From Thermodesulfobacteriota bacterium (GTDB lineage: Bacteria > Desulfobacterota > Desulfobacteria > Desulfobacterales > UBA11574): a DNA stretch of 64,000 nt. Shown one piece after another: positions 28,757-39,651 of the stretch. The notes below the pieces were generated by a model. It was not told the DNA's origin and did no database searches. It saw only the letters and a program-made list of their open reading frames with translations. Position 1 is the stretch's first letter. The number at the start of each line of letters is the position of its first letter. The DNA is taken from contig JBHPCZ010000004.1 in NCBI GenBank assembly GCA_042573625.1, forward strand, positions 1,148 through 65,147, in the 5' to 3' direction. Position numbers and translations under genes: made by a program.

Positions 28757-30712
28757 TTAGTCTTCTTGCAGTTCTTTTAAATCAGCGTAATACTCAAGTG
28801 CTTCAGGGTTCCTCAGGGCGTCTTTATTGAGCACAGGCTGGTTGTGAATGATCTTTTTGACGGCCAGTTCAACCTTTTTCATGTTGAGCGTATAGGGCAC
28901 ATCCGGTATTGCCAAAATCTTGGCCGGAACGTGTCTTGGCGAAGCATTGGTCCGAATTGTTGTCTTGATTATATTTTTTAATTCCTCGGTGAGTTCATAT
29001 CCTTCGGCCATTTGGACAAAAAGGATGATACGGGTATCATTTTTCCAGTTTTGCCCCACAACGACGCTATCTTCAATTTCCTCCAACCGATCCATCTGGC
29101 GATAGATTTCGGCTGTTCCTATCCGTACGCCGCCGGGGTTCAAGGTGGCATCCGAACGCCCGAATATGGCTACTCCACCTCGGTCATTGATGATGATAAA
29201 GTCACCATGTCGCCAGACATTGGGGTATACGTCGAAATACGCATCATGGTATTTTTTATTGTCCGGATCGTTCCAGAAGTAGATGGGCATGGAAGGGAAG
29301 GGGGCGCTGCAAACCAGTTCTCCCTCCCGGTTTACTATCGAACTTCCATTTTTATCAAAGGCATTGACGTTCATGGCCAGCCCCCTGCACTGGAGTTCAC
29401 CTGCATATACAGAACCCATCGGGTTGCCGAGCGCAAAGCAGCCGTTGAGGTCTGTTCCGCCGGAAATGGATGCCAGCTGAAGATCCGATTTGACTTCACG
29501 GTAAATATACTCGAAGCCTTCGTTGGAAAGGGGTGACCCTGTGGAGAGCACCGCCTTGAGCGAAGAGAGGTCATACGATTTTCCGGGTGTTACGCCGGCA
29601 TTTTGGAGAGCGGCAATGTATCCCGCACTGGTCCCGAAGATTGAAATTTTTTCATCCTGGGCCAATTCCCACAACACACCGGGATCTGGATGGAAGGGGT
29701 TGCCGTCAAAGAGAACGATGGTGGCGCCTACTGCCAGAGAACTGACCAGCCAGTTCCACATCATCCAGCCGCATGTGGTAAAGTAAAAGATGGTATCCTC
29801 CTGTTTTAAATCGGTATGGAGGATAAGCTCTTTCATGTGGTGGATCAGAATCCCTCCGGCACTCTGAACCATGCATTTGGGAAGTCCGGTGGTGCCGGAT
29901 GAATACATGATATAGAGGGGGTGATCAAACGGGAGTTGTTCAAATTCAATTTCAGGGGCGGATGGTTGAGACTTGAAGTCTTCATATAAAATGGCGTGCA
30001 GTACATTGCTGATATCCGGATATTTTTGTGTGTACGGCACCACCACCACCCGCTCAATGGAAGGAAGTTCCTTGATGATGCTGGAGATACGCTCTAGGCT
30101 ATCCAGCCGGTTTCCTTTGAAAAAATATCCATCAACCGTGAATAATATTTTGGGTTTGATCTGGCCGAATCGATCCAGCACGCCCTTAATGCCGAAGTCC
30201 GGAGAGCAGGAAGACCATGCGGCACCAATACTGGTGGCGGCCAGCATGGCAATAACGGTTTCCGGCATATTTGGCATAAACCCGACGACCCGATCATTGG
30301 TTTGAACACCTGCTGCTTTTAAAGAACCGGCGATCCGGGCCACTTCATCGTAAAGTGTGGCATATGTTATCTTAACGGTATTCTGACCCTCTCCTTTGAA
30401 AATCAGGGCTGTGCGGTCATCCCGAAATCGCATGAGATTTTCAGCAAAGTTGAGCCGTGCGCCTGAAAACCACCGGGCGCCCGGCATTTTTTTGAGGTCA
30501 TCAATGATGTTATCATACGGTTTTGACGCGATGATATCCGCGAATTCCCACATGGCCGCCCAGAAATCCGGAATGTTTTCAATGGACCATTGATGGAGAG
30601 ATGTATATTCCTTGAAATCCTGGCTGTATTTGCCATTGATGAAATGCATGAATCGGTACATGTTTGTACTTTTGATTCTTTCTTCCGAGGGTGCCCATAA
30701 TGGTACGGCCAT
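28757..30712 (-). CDS. acetoacetate--CoA ligase
   Basis: YSSGTTGLPK, FTTCGWMMWNW, SGGTD, GRSDATLNPGGVRIG. Confidence 0.93.
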   Translation of the reverse strand: MAVPLWAPSEERIKSTNMYRFMHFINGKYSQDFKEYTSLHQWSIENIPDFWAAMWEFADIIASKPYDNIIDDLKKMPGARWFSGARLNFAENLMRFRDDRTALIFKGEGQNTVKITYATLYDEVARIAGSLKAAGVQTNDRVVGFMPNMPETVIAMLAATSIGAAWSSCSPDFGIKGVLDRFGQIKPKILFTVDGYFFKGNRLDSLERISSIIKELPSIERVVVVPYTQKYPDISNVLHAILYEDFKSQPSAPEIEFEQLPFDHPLYIMYSSGTTGLPKCMVQSAGGILIHHMKELILHTDLKQEDTIFYFTTCGWMMWNWLVSSLAVGATIVLFDGNPFHPDPGVLWELAQDEKISIFGTSAGYIAALQNAGVTPGKSYDLSSLKAVLSTGSPLSNEGFEYIYREVKSDLQLASISGGTDLNGCFALGNPMGSVYAGELQCRGLAMNVNAFDKNGSSIVNREGELVCSAPFPSMPIYFWNDPDNKKYHDAYFDVYPNVWRHGDFIIINDRGGVAIFGRSDATLNPGGVRIGTAEIYRQMDRLEEIEDSVVVGQNWKNDTRIILFVQMAEGYELTEELKNIIKTTIRTNASPRHVPAKILAIPDVPYTLNMKKVELAVKKIIHNQPVLNKDALRNPEALEYYADLKELQED

Positions 30713-30923
30713 CTCCAACTCCTTTAACCTGAACTTTTTAACGGCAATGTCATTCTATGGAACCGTTACTTCCATTGATGGTTTTTACAATTATCCATAT
30801 CGATACGTCAAGATTATGATTAGAAAATGATAAATTCAAAGGCTTTAACACTTGCGGAATGATCGGATTTCAGATAGCTTCTACCCCAAAATTGTTCTTT
30901 TATCGAAGAGGGAGATGTAAATT

Positions 30924-31958
30924 ATGCGTATTGTTGATTTACGGTCTGACACCATCACACAGCCGACGCCGGCCATGCGAAAAGCAATGGCTGACGCAAA
31001 AGTCGGAGACGACGTTTTCGGTGAAGATCCGACGGTGAACCGTCTCGAGGAAATGGCAGGTGAACGGTTGGGAAAAGCCGCGGGATTGTTCGTCGCCAGT
31101 GGAACCATGGCCAATCTGGTCAGCCAGTTGACACATTGTGGTCGGGGTGCTGAAGTTATTCTGGGCGACCAGTCCCACATTTTTTTCTTCGAGCAGGGAG
31201 GGTCTGCCGCGCTGGGCGGTATCCACCCCCACACCGTACCCAACCAGCCGGACGGCAAACTGGCCTTGAGTGATATTGAAACCGCTATTAGAACAGACGA
31301 CGTTCATTTTCCCAGAACCCGGCTGATTATTCTCGAAAACACGCATAACCGCTGCCATGGAAGCCCTCTCGACAAGGATTATATGCATTCCGTGGGAGAA
31401 ATAGCACAAAGCCATGGATTGAAAATCCATGTTGACGGCGCGCGGCTTTTCAATGCCGCCATCGCACAGAATGAGGATGCAAAAGAACTGGTTGTAGATG
31501 CGGATTCCGTCAGTATTTGTCTCAGCAAGGGATTGGCTGCGCCCGTGGGTTCTGTGGTTTGTGGTTCCCAAGATTTTATCGCCGAAGCCCGGAGAGCCCG
31601 AAAGGTAATCGGGGGAGGCATGCGGCAGGCAGGCGTAATTGCCGCCGCCGGCTTAGTGGCACTCAATGAAATGGTAGACCGCCTGGCAGATGATCACGCC
31701 AATGCAAAACGATTGGCAGAGAGATTGGCCGATCTGGATGGGTTGTCAATCGATCCAAATTCCGTAAAGACCAATATTGTATTCTTTGAGGTAACCAGGG
31801 CCGATATAACTGCCCGGATAATGGCGGAAAGGCTCGGCAGCGAAGGCATTCGCGTACTGCCCGGCGGATCCCGGCGGCTGAGGGCCGTGACCCATTACCA
31901 CATCACTTCGGATGATATCGATTATGCCCTGGAAGGTTTTTCCAGGGTTTTAAAATAG
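30924..31958 (+). CDS. ltaE: low-specificity L-threonine aldolase
   Basis: DLRSDT, SGTMAN, ENTHN, HVDGAR, CLSKGL. Confidence 0.95.
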   Translation: MRIVDLRSDTITQPTPAMRKAMADAKVGDDVFGEDPTVNRLEEMAGERLGKAAGLFVASGTMANLVSQLTHCGRGAEVILGDQSHIFFFEQGGSAALGGIHPHTVPNQPDGKLALSDIETAIRTDDVHFPRTRLIILENTHNRCHGSPLDKDYMHSVGEIAQSHGLKIHVDGARLFNAAIAQNEDAKELVVDADSVSICLSKGLAAPVGSVVCGSQDFIAEARRARKVIGGGMRQAGVIAAAGLVALNEMVDRLADDHANAKRLAERLADLDGLSIDPNSVKTNIVFFEVTRADITARIMAERLGSEGIRVLPGGSRRLRAVTHYHITSDDIDYALEGFSRVLK

Positions 31959-31987
31959 TTGTCTAATTTCAACTTTTTTATGATTTT

Positions 31988-32186
31988 TGGTTCTTCTTCC
32001 ACTGAGTTGAACCAAAGGGTCCAAGGATTCAAGGGTTCCAGGGTCCAAGTGATTACGCTCTATCTATCTTCTTGATGGTCTATAAACATCCAAACAGAGT
32101 CTAAACGGCACCTGCGAAACTTTCAGCCCCTCTTGATGTTTAATCATTTTACTTGAATCCTTGCCCCCTAAAACCCTTGAATCCTT
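31988..32186 (-). pseudogene. octamer-flanked four-helix-bundle cassette remnant (D1)
   Basis: ggattcaa/gggtccaa arrays on both sides; minus strand MIKHQEGLKVSQVPFRLCLDVYR resembles the D3 N-terminus. Confidence 0.65.
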
Positions 32187-32187
32187 T

Positions 32188-32217
32188 ATACCCCGCCGCT
32201 TGCGGCGGGGTGATTCA
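32188..32217 (+). repeat. IS200/IS605-like end hairpin
   Basis: ataccccgccgcttgcggcggggtgattca; same motif at 42289 and 42556. Confidence 0.6.
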
Positions 32218-32225
32218 TTTGCTTT

Positions 32226-33476
32226 TTAGTGTTTGAAACTCCGCTGCCCGGTATAAACCATTGTGGCATTGACCTCGTTACAGGCTTCGATGGACTGATA
32301 ATCATTTCCTGATCCGCCCGGCTGAATCACGGACTGAATGCCTTCACTAAGACCCACATCAATGCCGTCTCTGAACGGAAAGAATGCATCGCTGACCATG
32401 GCAGCACCAATCAGCCCACCCTTTTCCTTTGCAACCTTATCGTCAATTTCCGCTTTTTTATCGTCATCTTTCAGGTCATTATAGGGGATATTGAGCATTT
32501 CGAAACAGTAACGGTCTGCAAGCTTCCGATAGGCCTTGTCCCTGGCAATCTCCGCGACACCCACCCGATCCTGCTCACCGGTTCCAATGCCTACGGTAAC
32601 CTGATCTTTGACATAAATAACCGAGTTTGATGTAATTCCTGATTCAACGAGCCAGCCAAACAGCAGGTCATCATATTCCTGATCCGTGGGTTCCCGGTTT
32701 ATCCTGTATGTTTTGCCCTTGTAGTCACATTCCGCGATCTTGAGATCTGCCGGGGTGCGAGCGGTCGGGGCAAATGACCATTGCACGACATGGCCGCCGT
32801 CTATAAGGCTTTTGAATTCCACACATCGCTGGCCTACAAAATTCTGCAGGCGATCAATATTTCCGATACGGACAACCCGGAGATTGGGTTTCTTTGCAAA
32901 AATATCCATCACCCCTTCTTCAAAATCGGGCGCGACCACAACTTCGGCGTATTGTTCGTAAATCGCCTCAGCCGTTGCCCTGTCAACCGCCCGATTGACG
33001 GTAATGCATCCACCGAAAGCGGCCACCCGGTCGGCCATGTTTGCCTTGTTGTATGCGTCTACCAATGAATCAGACCGCGCAACACCACAGGGGTTATTGT
33101 GCTTGACAATGACCACAGTGGGTTTGTCCACAAAATATCTCAGGATATTCAATGAATTGTCCGCGTCGGTCAAATTTGTTTTTCCGGGATGCTTGCCGGA
33201 TTGCAGCAGCTCGATGTCCGAAGCCAGATACTGCCCCGGCTGTATGGTTTCGGTTTCACCCAAAACCAGGTTTCCGTTTGCAAGCTTATACAGCGCTGCT
33301 TCCTGGCCCGGATTTTCACCGTATCTTAAACCTTTTTGGACGTTGTCGATGGTCCAGGCAACTTTTTCATAAAAGAGGGTCTGCCTTTTCGCTTCATCCA
33401 CAAAAGTGATTTCCATCTGGGGAGGAAAGTGGTCATCCATTATTGTTCGATACATTTTCTTCAGATCTTCAGACAT
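32226..33476 (-). CDS. purH: PurH AICAR transformylase domain (split purH, C-terminal part)
   Basis: LRYGENPGQ, VKHNNPCG, SDAFFPF, IQPGGS, RSFKH. Confidence 0.9.
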   Translation of the reverse strand: MSEDLKKMYRTIMDDHFPPQMEITFVDEAKRQTLFYEKVAWTIDNVQKGLRYGENPGQEAALYKLANGNLVLGETETIQPGQYLASDIELLQSGKHPGKTNLTDADNSLNILRYFVDKPTVVIVKHNNPCGVARSDSLVDAYNKANMADRVAAFGGCITVNRAVDRATAEAIYEQYAEVVVAPDFEEGVMDIFAKKPNLRVVRIGNIDRLQNFVGQRCVEFKSLIDGGHVVQWSFAPTARTPADLKIAECDYKGKTYRINREPTDQEYDDLLFGWLVESGITSNSVIYVKDQVTVGIGTGEQDRVGVAEIARDKAYRKLADRYCFEMLNIPYNDLKDDDKKAEIDDKVAKEKGGLIGAAMVSDAFFPFRDGIDVGLSEGIQSVIQPGGSGNDYQSIEACNEVNATMVYTGQRSFKH

Positions 33477-33515
33477 TTTTTTCTCCTTTCCTTAAATGAC
33501 CCTTTTTATATATTT

Positions 33516-34190
33516 TTAGGTGTAACATCCTTTTACTTCCTCAAAGGCTCTGGCGCCCAAATAGCCGGCAATGGTGCGGTCATAGTCGGCAGTGTATTCA
33601 AACGCCTTTTTGGCCAGTTGGTAACGAAGGTCCAGTGATATGGATCCGTTGTTTTTTTCCATATCAGATATGATCGATCCATAGTCGGAGGGATCAACCA
33701 CCGAAGCCACCCGGATATAATTTTTCGCGGAAGCCCTGATCATGCAAGGCCCTCCGATATCGATGTTGCCGCGGGCCTGTTCAACCGTCACATCCGGTTT
33801 TGAAATCGTGTCTTTAAAAGGATAAAGGTTTCCGATAACCATATCAATGTGAACAGACCCTGTTCGCCGGAGGTCATCATTGTGGGCGTCATTGTAGGTT
33901 TCAGTAAGGAGTCCGAGATATATTTTAAAATCGAGGGTTTTTACCAGTCCGCCCTGGGTTTCCGGCTGGCCGGTGTAATCCGAAACCTGTGTCAGGCAGG
34001 TGTCGGCAGTATCACCGATGATTTCTTTTATTTTAGAGAATGTACCCCCTGTTGAAAAGAATTTTATATCAGGATTTATCCTGAGCAACTCGGGGACAAA
34101 CGAATCAAGGCCGTTTTTGTCAAAAACACTTGCCAGCACATGCCTAACTTTAACCAGATCATCAATTTTTTCAACGACGTTCATACTCAT
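33516..34190 (-). CDS. PurH IMP cyclohydrolase / MGS-like domain (split purH, N-terminal part)
   Basis: SVFDK, STGGT, GGLVKTL, NLYPF, NIDIGGP, AKN. Confidence 0.88.
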   Translation of the reverse strand: MSMNVVEKIDDLVKVRHVLASVFDKNGLDSFVPELLRINPDIKFFSTGGTFSKIKEIIGDTADTCLTQVSDYTGQPETQGGLVKTLDFKIYLGLLTETYNDAHNDDLRRTGSVHIDMVIGNLYPFKDTISKPDVTVEQARGNIDIGGPCMIRASAKNYIRVASVVDPSDYGSIISDMEKNNGSISLDLRYQLAKKAFEYTADYDRTIAGYLGARAFEEVKGCYT

Positions 34191-34195
34191 AGCAT

Positions 34196-34894
34196 CTACC
34201 TCTCTCCTTTGACCTCTTGAATAAATCGTTTAAAGAACTGCTCCATAAAATCATGGCGTTCATTCGCCAGCCTCCTGCCTTCGTCTGTCAGTATCCGATC
34301 CTGGATCTTGCAAAGCTTGACTTTAAACTCCCTAAAACCGGTATCATCTTTTGAATACGGCTTTGTTTTTTCCACATCGATATCAGCGTTGTGAAGCCGA
34401 GCGCCCAATTCACCGGCAAAAAGATATGCTCTGGCCACACCGACGGCACCGATGGCGTCGAGCTTATCTGCATCGAACAACACCTTCGCTTCTTTTGTTT
34501 TCGGTGAATGGTTTCCCCGATATCGATGAGATCTTATACAGTGAATGACATTCTGTTTCTGTTCTTCTGAAAGGGGAAGGGTTTTTACAATGGGCCATGC
34601 CATCTGGGCGCCCTTTTCAGCGTGGCATACCGCGCCGTTGGCGTCGTCCTGAAAGCTTCTTCCGATATCGTGCAGATAGGCAGCAGTGCGGAGGACATCC
34701 ATGTCTACACCTTCTGCAGAACCGATGCGGTTACACAAGCTGTATACACGAAGGGTGTGCTCCCAGTCATGGCTTCCCCGGGCTTCATCCAACATCTTTT
34801 GTGCTATTTTTTTTATATTTTTCAGCACGGGTTTGTCATCGGGTTGTGAGCGAACATCGGTTTTTTTAATTTTTTCATTAACGGTATTCATCAT
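34196..34894 (-). CDS. HD-domain phosphohydrolase
   Basis: HDWEHTLRV, LHDIGR, DADKLDAIGA. Confidence 0.92.
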   Translation of the reverse strand: MMNTVNEKIKKTDVRSQPDDKPVLKNIKKIAQKMLDEARGSHDWEHTLRVYSLCNRIGSAEGVDMDVLRTAAYLHDIGRSFQDDANGAVCHAEKGAQMAWPIVKTLPLSEEQKQNVIHCIRSHRYRGNHSPKTKEAKVLFDADKLDAIGAVGVARAYLFAGELGARLHNADIDVEKTKPYSKDDTGFREFKVKLCKIQDRILTDEGRRLANERHDFMEQFFKRFIQEVKGER

Positions 34895-34896
34895 CC

Positions 34897-35352
34897 TTAC
34901 CCGGATTGTTTTCCTGTCATATGAGCTATTTCAACCTGAATGACAACCGCATTTTTTACTTTATTTTCAGGGTATACAAAAGATCTGTCTGAATATTGGC
35001 GCATAATAATATCCAGAGCGCGGCACTTTGACTCAAAATCTTCAATAAAGGATGCTGTTCCAAAACCGATAACACTCTTGTATTTCATACCCCAGTCACA
35101 TGCTTTATCGGACGTTATGGCTTCACAGTCAATATCGAATTCAAAACAGACCCGGTTATTCTTTTTGATTATCTCGAGTTTTTTTCCTGAAAGCGCTGAA
35201 TGGAAATACAGTTTATTGTCCCTGTATCCAAAGCTCAGCGGGACAATATACGGCTGATTCTGATCCGCCAGCGCCAGTCTGCAGACAGATGATCTGAGGA
35301 TGATTGACTCGATTTCAGCTCTGTCGGTGATTTCTTTGTCTTTTCTTCTCAT
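34897..35352 (-). CDS. pyridoxamine 5'-phosphate oxidase / NimA-like flavin-binding protein
   Basis: MRRKDKEI, PYIVPL, YFHSA..GKK, SVIGFG. Confidence 0.9.
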   Translation of the reverse strand: MRRKDKEITDRAEIESIILRSSVCRLALADQNQPYIVPLSFGYRDNKLYFHSALSGKKLEIIKKNNRVCFEFDIDCEAITSDKACDWGMKYKSVIGFGTASFIEDFESKCRALDIIMRQYSDRSFVYPENKVKNAVVIQVEIAHMTGKQSG

Positions 35353-36128
35353 AATTTTTGTGTATTTCGGTTAACCAATGGCCTAAGCTGTTATGGGTTT
35401 CCATACCCTCAATCCCCGGTGACATAATTGAGAAAGGTTGCCGCATCGCGGGATTTGAATTCATGCAGGATCTTTTTGGTCATTTGATACCCCCGCAGAT
35501 TGTTCGTTACAGAAGTGCGCAAGGCTTTGCAAGAATCATCCGGACTGCTGGCTAGGACGACGGAGGAGCTGACGGGTTCAAAGATCGATGTGATCTCTTT
35601 AATCACTCCGGTAATAGCGGTCCATCCATATCACCCCATCCCGTCTCCGGTAAAACTGACCCTGCCCGAAGAACGGGAATTTTGAGGACTCAATAAAACA
35701 CATGTTGAATATTTTTTAAAGTCAGAATTCGACATTCTCGGGAAATTCCATTAAATGCTGTAACGGTTTTGGAATTGAGATGGTATGTTTCTCGGGGAGG
35801 TCTAATGCAAAATATCACCTGCATCGATAATGGACGGTAAAATCAAGGAGTATTCACTGTATCACACCGATAGTGCACTTTGAAAATGGACAGACAGGGT
35901 AGAAGTAAGGTTTAAGTGAAATTAAAATATATTGAGGTTTTCATATTTTTTTCATATACAAAATTGAAAAATAAGAATAAAAGCTTTAGCCTTGTGAATA
36001 ACTGGTCTGTTTGACTGACTTCGCTTATACTTGTGAACAGGTATAACTTTAATCCCTGTGAAGGCGATGTGTCGCGCATAGGAAATTGTTCGGCGGCATG
36101 TTAAAGAAAAGGAAATGAGGTGAATCGC

Positions 36129-36830
36129 ATGAAACGCCCAATATCTTTTGTTATTTTAGTGATTCTTTCAATAGGTGTTCTGTCTTCAGGATATGCCATC
36201 GCAGCGGATATGAATCCCAAAACCTTGGCCATTCTGCCTTTTGAAAACAATTCAGTGACAGATCCCGAACGTTTTGAACCTTTGACCAAGGGGCTTTCCG
36301 CCATGCTCATTACCGACCTGAATAACAGGCAGGACATTCTCAAGGTCATTGAACGCGAAAAAATTCAGTCCTTGTTGAAAGAAATCGCCCTGAGTCAGAG
36401 CGGCAGCGTGGACCAATCATCCGCCATACGGGCCGGTAAAATTCTCGGGGCACAATCGATTGCTTTCGGTTCTTTCATGGTGATTGGGAAGATGGTTCGC
36501 ATCGACACACGGATTATAAAGGTGGAAACCGGCGAACTGATTATGGCCGAATCAACAACCGGTGATACGCAAGGGTTCCTGAACCTCGAAAAGGAACTGG
36601 CCCAGAAGATTGCCGGATCGCTCGGGGTCGCCTTGCAGTCAAAAGATACCGGTTCAAGATCCGGTAAAGGCGCTTCGGAAAAGGAAATGGATGCCGCATT
36701 GCTGTATTCAAGAGGTTTAGATGCTTTAGATCGCGGCAACAAGAAAGAGGCCAGGAAACTGTTTAAGAAATGCATTGCCAAGGACGCTTCATACAAAGAG
36801 CGTATCGATAATATTAAAGGGTTGGAATAA
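36129..36830 (+). CDS. secreted CsgG/TolB-N-like protein with C-terminal TPR
   Basis: Signal peptide; TLAILPFEN, GLSAMLITDL, VIERE, AIRAGKILGA. Confidence 0.8.
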   Translation: MKRPISFVILVILSIGVLSSGYAIAADMNPKTLAILPFENNSVTDPERFEPLTKGLSAMLITDLNNRQDILKVIEREKIQSLLKEIALSQSGSVDQSSAIRAGKILGAQSIAFGSFMVIGKMVRIDTRIIKVETGELIMAESTTGDTQGFLNLEKELAQKIAGSLGVALQSKDTGSRSGKGASEKEMDAALLYSRGLDALDRGNKKEARKLFKKCIAKDASYKERIDNIKGLE

Positions 36831-37993
36831 TGAAAAAAATCATTACATTTTTTACAGTATTTGCAGTGGTTGCCTTTATCCCTCTGGCTGCTGTCGCCGC
36901 GAATAAAACAATAGAGGCCCAGGGGGAAAGCATGTCCTCTAAAGAAGATGCGCTTCGACAAGCGATGAGACTGGCCGTGGAACAGGCTGTGGGGGTGTTC
37001 GTCCACTCAGAAACCGAGGTCGAAAACTTCGAGCTGAAAAAGGACAAAATTCTGTCCCGGACCCAGGGGTATGTTACCAGCTACACCGTATTGAAAGAGG
37101 AGAAGGTCGATGATGTAATCAAGGTCGTCATCCGAGCTACAATTTCTCTGGACAAGATTAAAGATGACCTGCTTGCAATGAAGATTCTTCTCGACAGCAT
37201 GGAACGGCCCAAAGTGATGATTTTGATTAAGGAAAAATTATTAAGCGCAGATAAGGCGGGGGGGAAAATAGCAGAATCGGCAAAGGACGAGATGGAAATG
37301 CGCATCGCGGAAACAGAGATGTCCTCCCTGCTTGTAAGTAAAGGCTTTGATCTTGTGGACAAGGCCCAGCTGGAGGCGGTAAAAAATCTCGACCAGCGCC
37401 GGCAGGCTTTGGCCGGCAATACGGTTGCAGCCAAAAGCCTTGGGCTGAGTCTTGGGGCGCAGTATGTGATTTTGGGAAAGGCTGTGGCCCAAGACAGCGG
37501 TGAAGCTTATCCCGGAACCGGCTTGCGTTCTATTCAGGCCAGCCTGCAGACCAAGATCATACAGACTCAAACCGGCCTGGTTTTAGGGTCTGTAGTCAAA
37601 AGCGGCGTAGCGGCGCATATCAGCCCGCTGACCGGTGCCACAAAGGCACTGCAGGAAGCCGTCCACAAGGCGGTTGACCAATACCTTGTGAATGCCATTA
37701 CCGCTTCATTTCAGGATTATCTGAATAACGGTGCGCCTATGAAACTGCAAGTTACCGGCGTAAACAGCTTCCGCCAATACAAGCAAATAGTCTCCGGCAT
37801 CGATGCCCTGGACAATGTGGTCAGCAGCAAGAAGGAAGGCTGGAACAAGGCCGGCGGACTGCTCGTTCTCGACATGCGTTTTAAAGGTACAAGCGAGGAG
37901 CTGGCAGAACTGTTGGACGGCATACAATTGGGTGAAAACAGTCTTGAAGTCGTGGATTTTGCGCCGGAAAGAGTTGACTGTAATTTTAAATAA
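36830..37993 (+). CDS. secreted FlgT N-terminal-like domain protein
   Basis: DALRQAMRLAVEQAVGVFV...GYVTSYTV, PKVMI, GFDLVD; paralog of 8291-9475. Confidence 0.75.
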   Translation: MKKIITFFTVFAVVAFIPLAAVAANKTIEAQGESMSSKEDALRQAMRLAVEQAVGVFVHSETEVENFELKKDKILSRTQGYVTSYTVLKEEKVDDVIKVVIRATISLDKIKDDLLAMKILLDSMERPKVMILIKEKLLSADKAGGKIAESAKDEMEMRIAETEMSSLLVSKGFDLVDKAQLEAVKNLDQRRQALAGNTVAAKSLGLSLGAQYVILGKAVAQDSGEAYPGTGLRSIQASLQTKIIQTQTGLVLGSVVKSGVAAHISPLTGATKALQEAVHKAVDQYLVNAITASFQDYLNNGAPMKLQVTGVNSFRQYKQIVSGIDALDNVVSSKKEGWNKAGGLLVLDMRFKGTSEELAELLDGIQLGENSLEVVDFAPERVDCNFK

Positions 37994-38064
37994 AATCAAT
38001 TTGTTGCATTCATTTATATTCATTGTTCGGATTTTTCTATTATAAATAAACAAGGTGTCCTGTA

Positions 38065-39651
38065 ATGGACAAACAAAAAATGAAGCAGAGTATCCGAATC
38101 GCCGGTTTTGTGCCGATATGTTTTTTAATGATTCTTTTTTCCCAGGCCAGGGCGGAAAATTGCAAAGGCCTAGCTGAAGAAATTACCCACGGCGGCGTTC
38201 TGTGGACCCAAAATGCCGTTGTTGTTCAGGGCACTGCGGCTCCGGGACTCTCCAAAAACATGGACAAATCCATATCCGCAATCAAGCGACAGGCCAAAAG
38301 AGCGGCGACCATAGATGCATATCGAAAGCTGGCGGCTGTTCTTTCCGGCGTTCGGGTCACAAGTGAATCGCTTGCGGCTGACAACCCAAAGTTTATGGTT
38401 GAAATACAGGGGTTTGTGAGGCGTGCTGAAATCTGCAAATCAAAATTCTACGCAGATGGCGGCGTTGATATGGTTGTAACCGCACCGCTTTCCGATGCCT
38501 TTTCTATGGACAAACTCACTGCGGCGGGCAGAAAAGTCGCCAACGCCAAATCCAAGTTTACAGGGCTTGTTGTTGATGCCTCAAGCATTTCTTTTGCGCC
38601 GGCCTTGGCTCCCAGATTACTGGCCACTGACGGTTCGGTTTTATTCAGCCTGGAAAATGTAAAAAAAGAAGTTCTTGTGAACAGGGGAGCCGTTGTTTAC
38701 GCGAATAATATTGAGACGGTCGACCCGGAAATATTGGGCGGCAATCCTTTGAATACCCGGGCGATCGGGCTGGGCTCACTCACTCCAAGTGACCTGGTTA
38801 TTGCCTCCGAACCGGCCAACGTATTATCCGAATCTCCCGCTTTTCTGGGAGAAGGAAAGGTTGTTATCATCACAACGGCCACCCGGAACATTGAATGTAA
38901 AAATTTAGCCCCAAAAGTTAAAGACGCTCTGGTGGATTGGGAAAAAAGGATAATTCTCGCTTCCGGTACCGGCAAGATAGATTTTGAAAGGAAGCTGGAA
39001 ACGGCAACTCGCATCCGTATGCTGGAACGGGCGGCCGAAGTCGACGCCCAAAGAAAACTCCTGAAAGCCTTTTCACAAATCAATATTGCCGGCGATAAGA
39101 TGTTGAAAGACTTCCCTGGTGGGACTAGGCACACAATGGGTGTGGCCTTAAACGCCGTTCGCTGCGCCGCTAAATTTTTTAAAGATGGTACTGCCAAGGT
39201 TGTGATGGCTGCGCCAATAGACGGAATGGGGGTCAAGGGCGCAGAATTAGGCAAAAAGGGCGGATCAATTTTAAAAGTTTCAGAACTAAATGTTAGCGGG
39301 CTGATAGTGGATGCCGCCGGTTTAAAATTCAAACCAATATTAGCCCCCAGCCTCCTGGCCCCCGACGGTACTCGGGTTTTCGGATCAAACGTTGTCGCCA
39401 AAGCTTATGTTGAGCATTACGGTGTGGCCGGCTACCGGTCTTCCATCTCTGAGGCCACATCGGATAGAAGAATAGGGGATACCCCTGTTGTCGTTAAAGC
39501 GATAAATACCTCCGGTGATACGGGGCAATTGATACTGTCGGCTGAAGACGCCGAGAGGGTTGAGCAGCTGAAAAATAAAACCGGCCTGTTGAGCCAGGGG
39601 CGGGTTATTATTATCACTGAAAATACAATTGCGGAGATATTGCCAAGATGA
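38065..39651 (+). CDS. secreted tandem LPP20-like domain protein
   Basis: Internal duplication GLVVDAS..FAPALAP.L...DG / GLIVDAA..FKPILAP.L...DG. Confidence 0.72.
   Translation: MDKQKMKQSIRIAGFVPICFLMILFSQARAENCKGLAEEITHGGVLWTQNAVVVQGTAAPGLSKNMDKSISAIKRQAKRAATIDAYRKLAAVLSGVRVTSESLAADNPKFMVEIQGFVRRAEICKSKFYADGGVDMVVTAPLSDAFSMDKLTAAGRKVANAKSKFTGLVVDASSISFAPALAPRLLATDGSVLFSLENVKKEVLVNRGAVVYANNIETVDPEILGGNPLNTRAIGLGSLTPSDLVIASEPANVLSESPAFLGEGKVVIITTATRNIECKNLAPKVKDALVDWEKRIILASGTGKIDFERKLETATRIRMLERAAEVDAQRKLLKAFSQINIAGDKMLKDFPGGTRHTMGVALNAVRCAAKFFKDGTAKVVMAAPIDGMGVKGAELGKKGGSILKVSELNVSGLIVDAAGLKFKPILAPSLLAPDGTRVFGSNVVAKAYVEHYGVAGYRSSISEATSDRRIGDTPVVVKAINTSGDTGQLILSAEDAERVEQLKNKTGLLSQGRVIIITENTIAEILPR

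Noticed and set aside
35358-35685. Short ORFs or a possible gene fragment upstream of the NimA-like gene
   Set aside because: Coding-like composition but no recognisable motif in the frames read; BLASTX would be needed.
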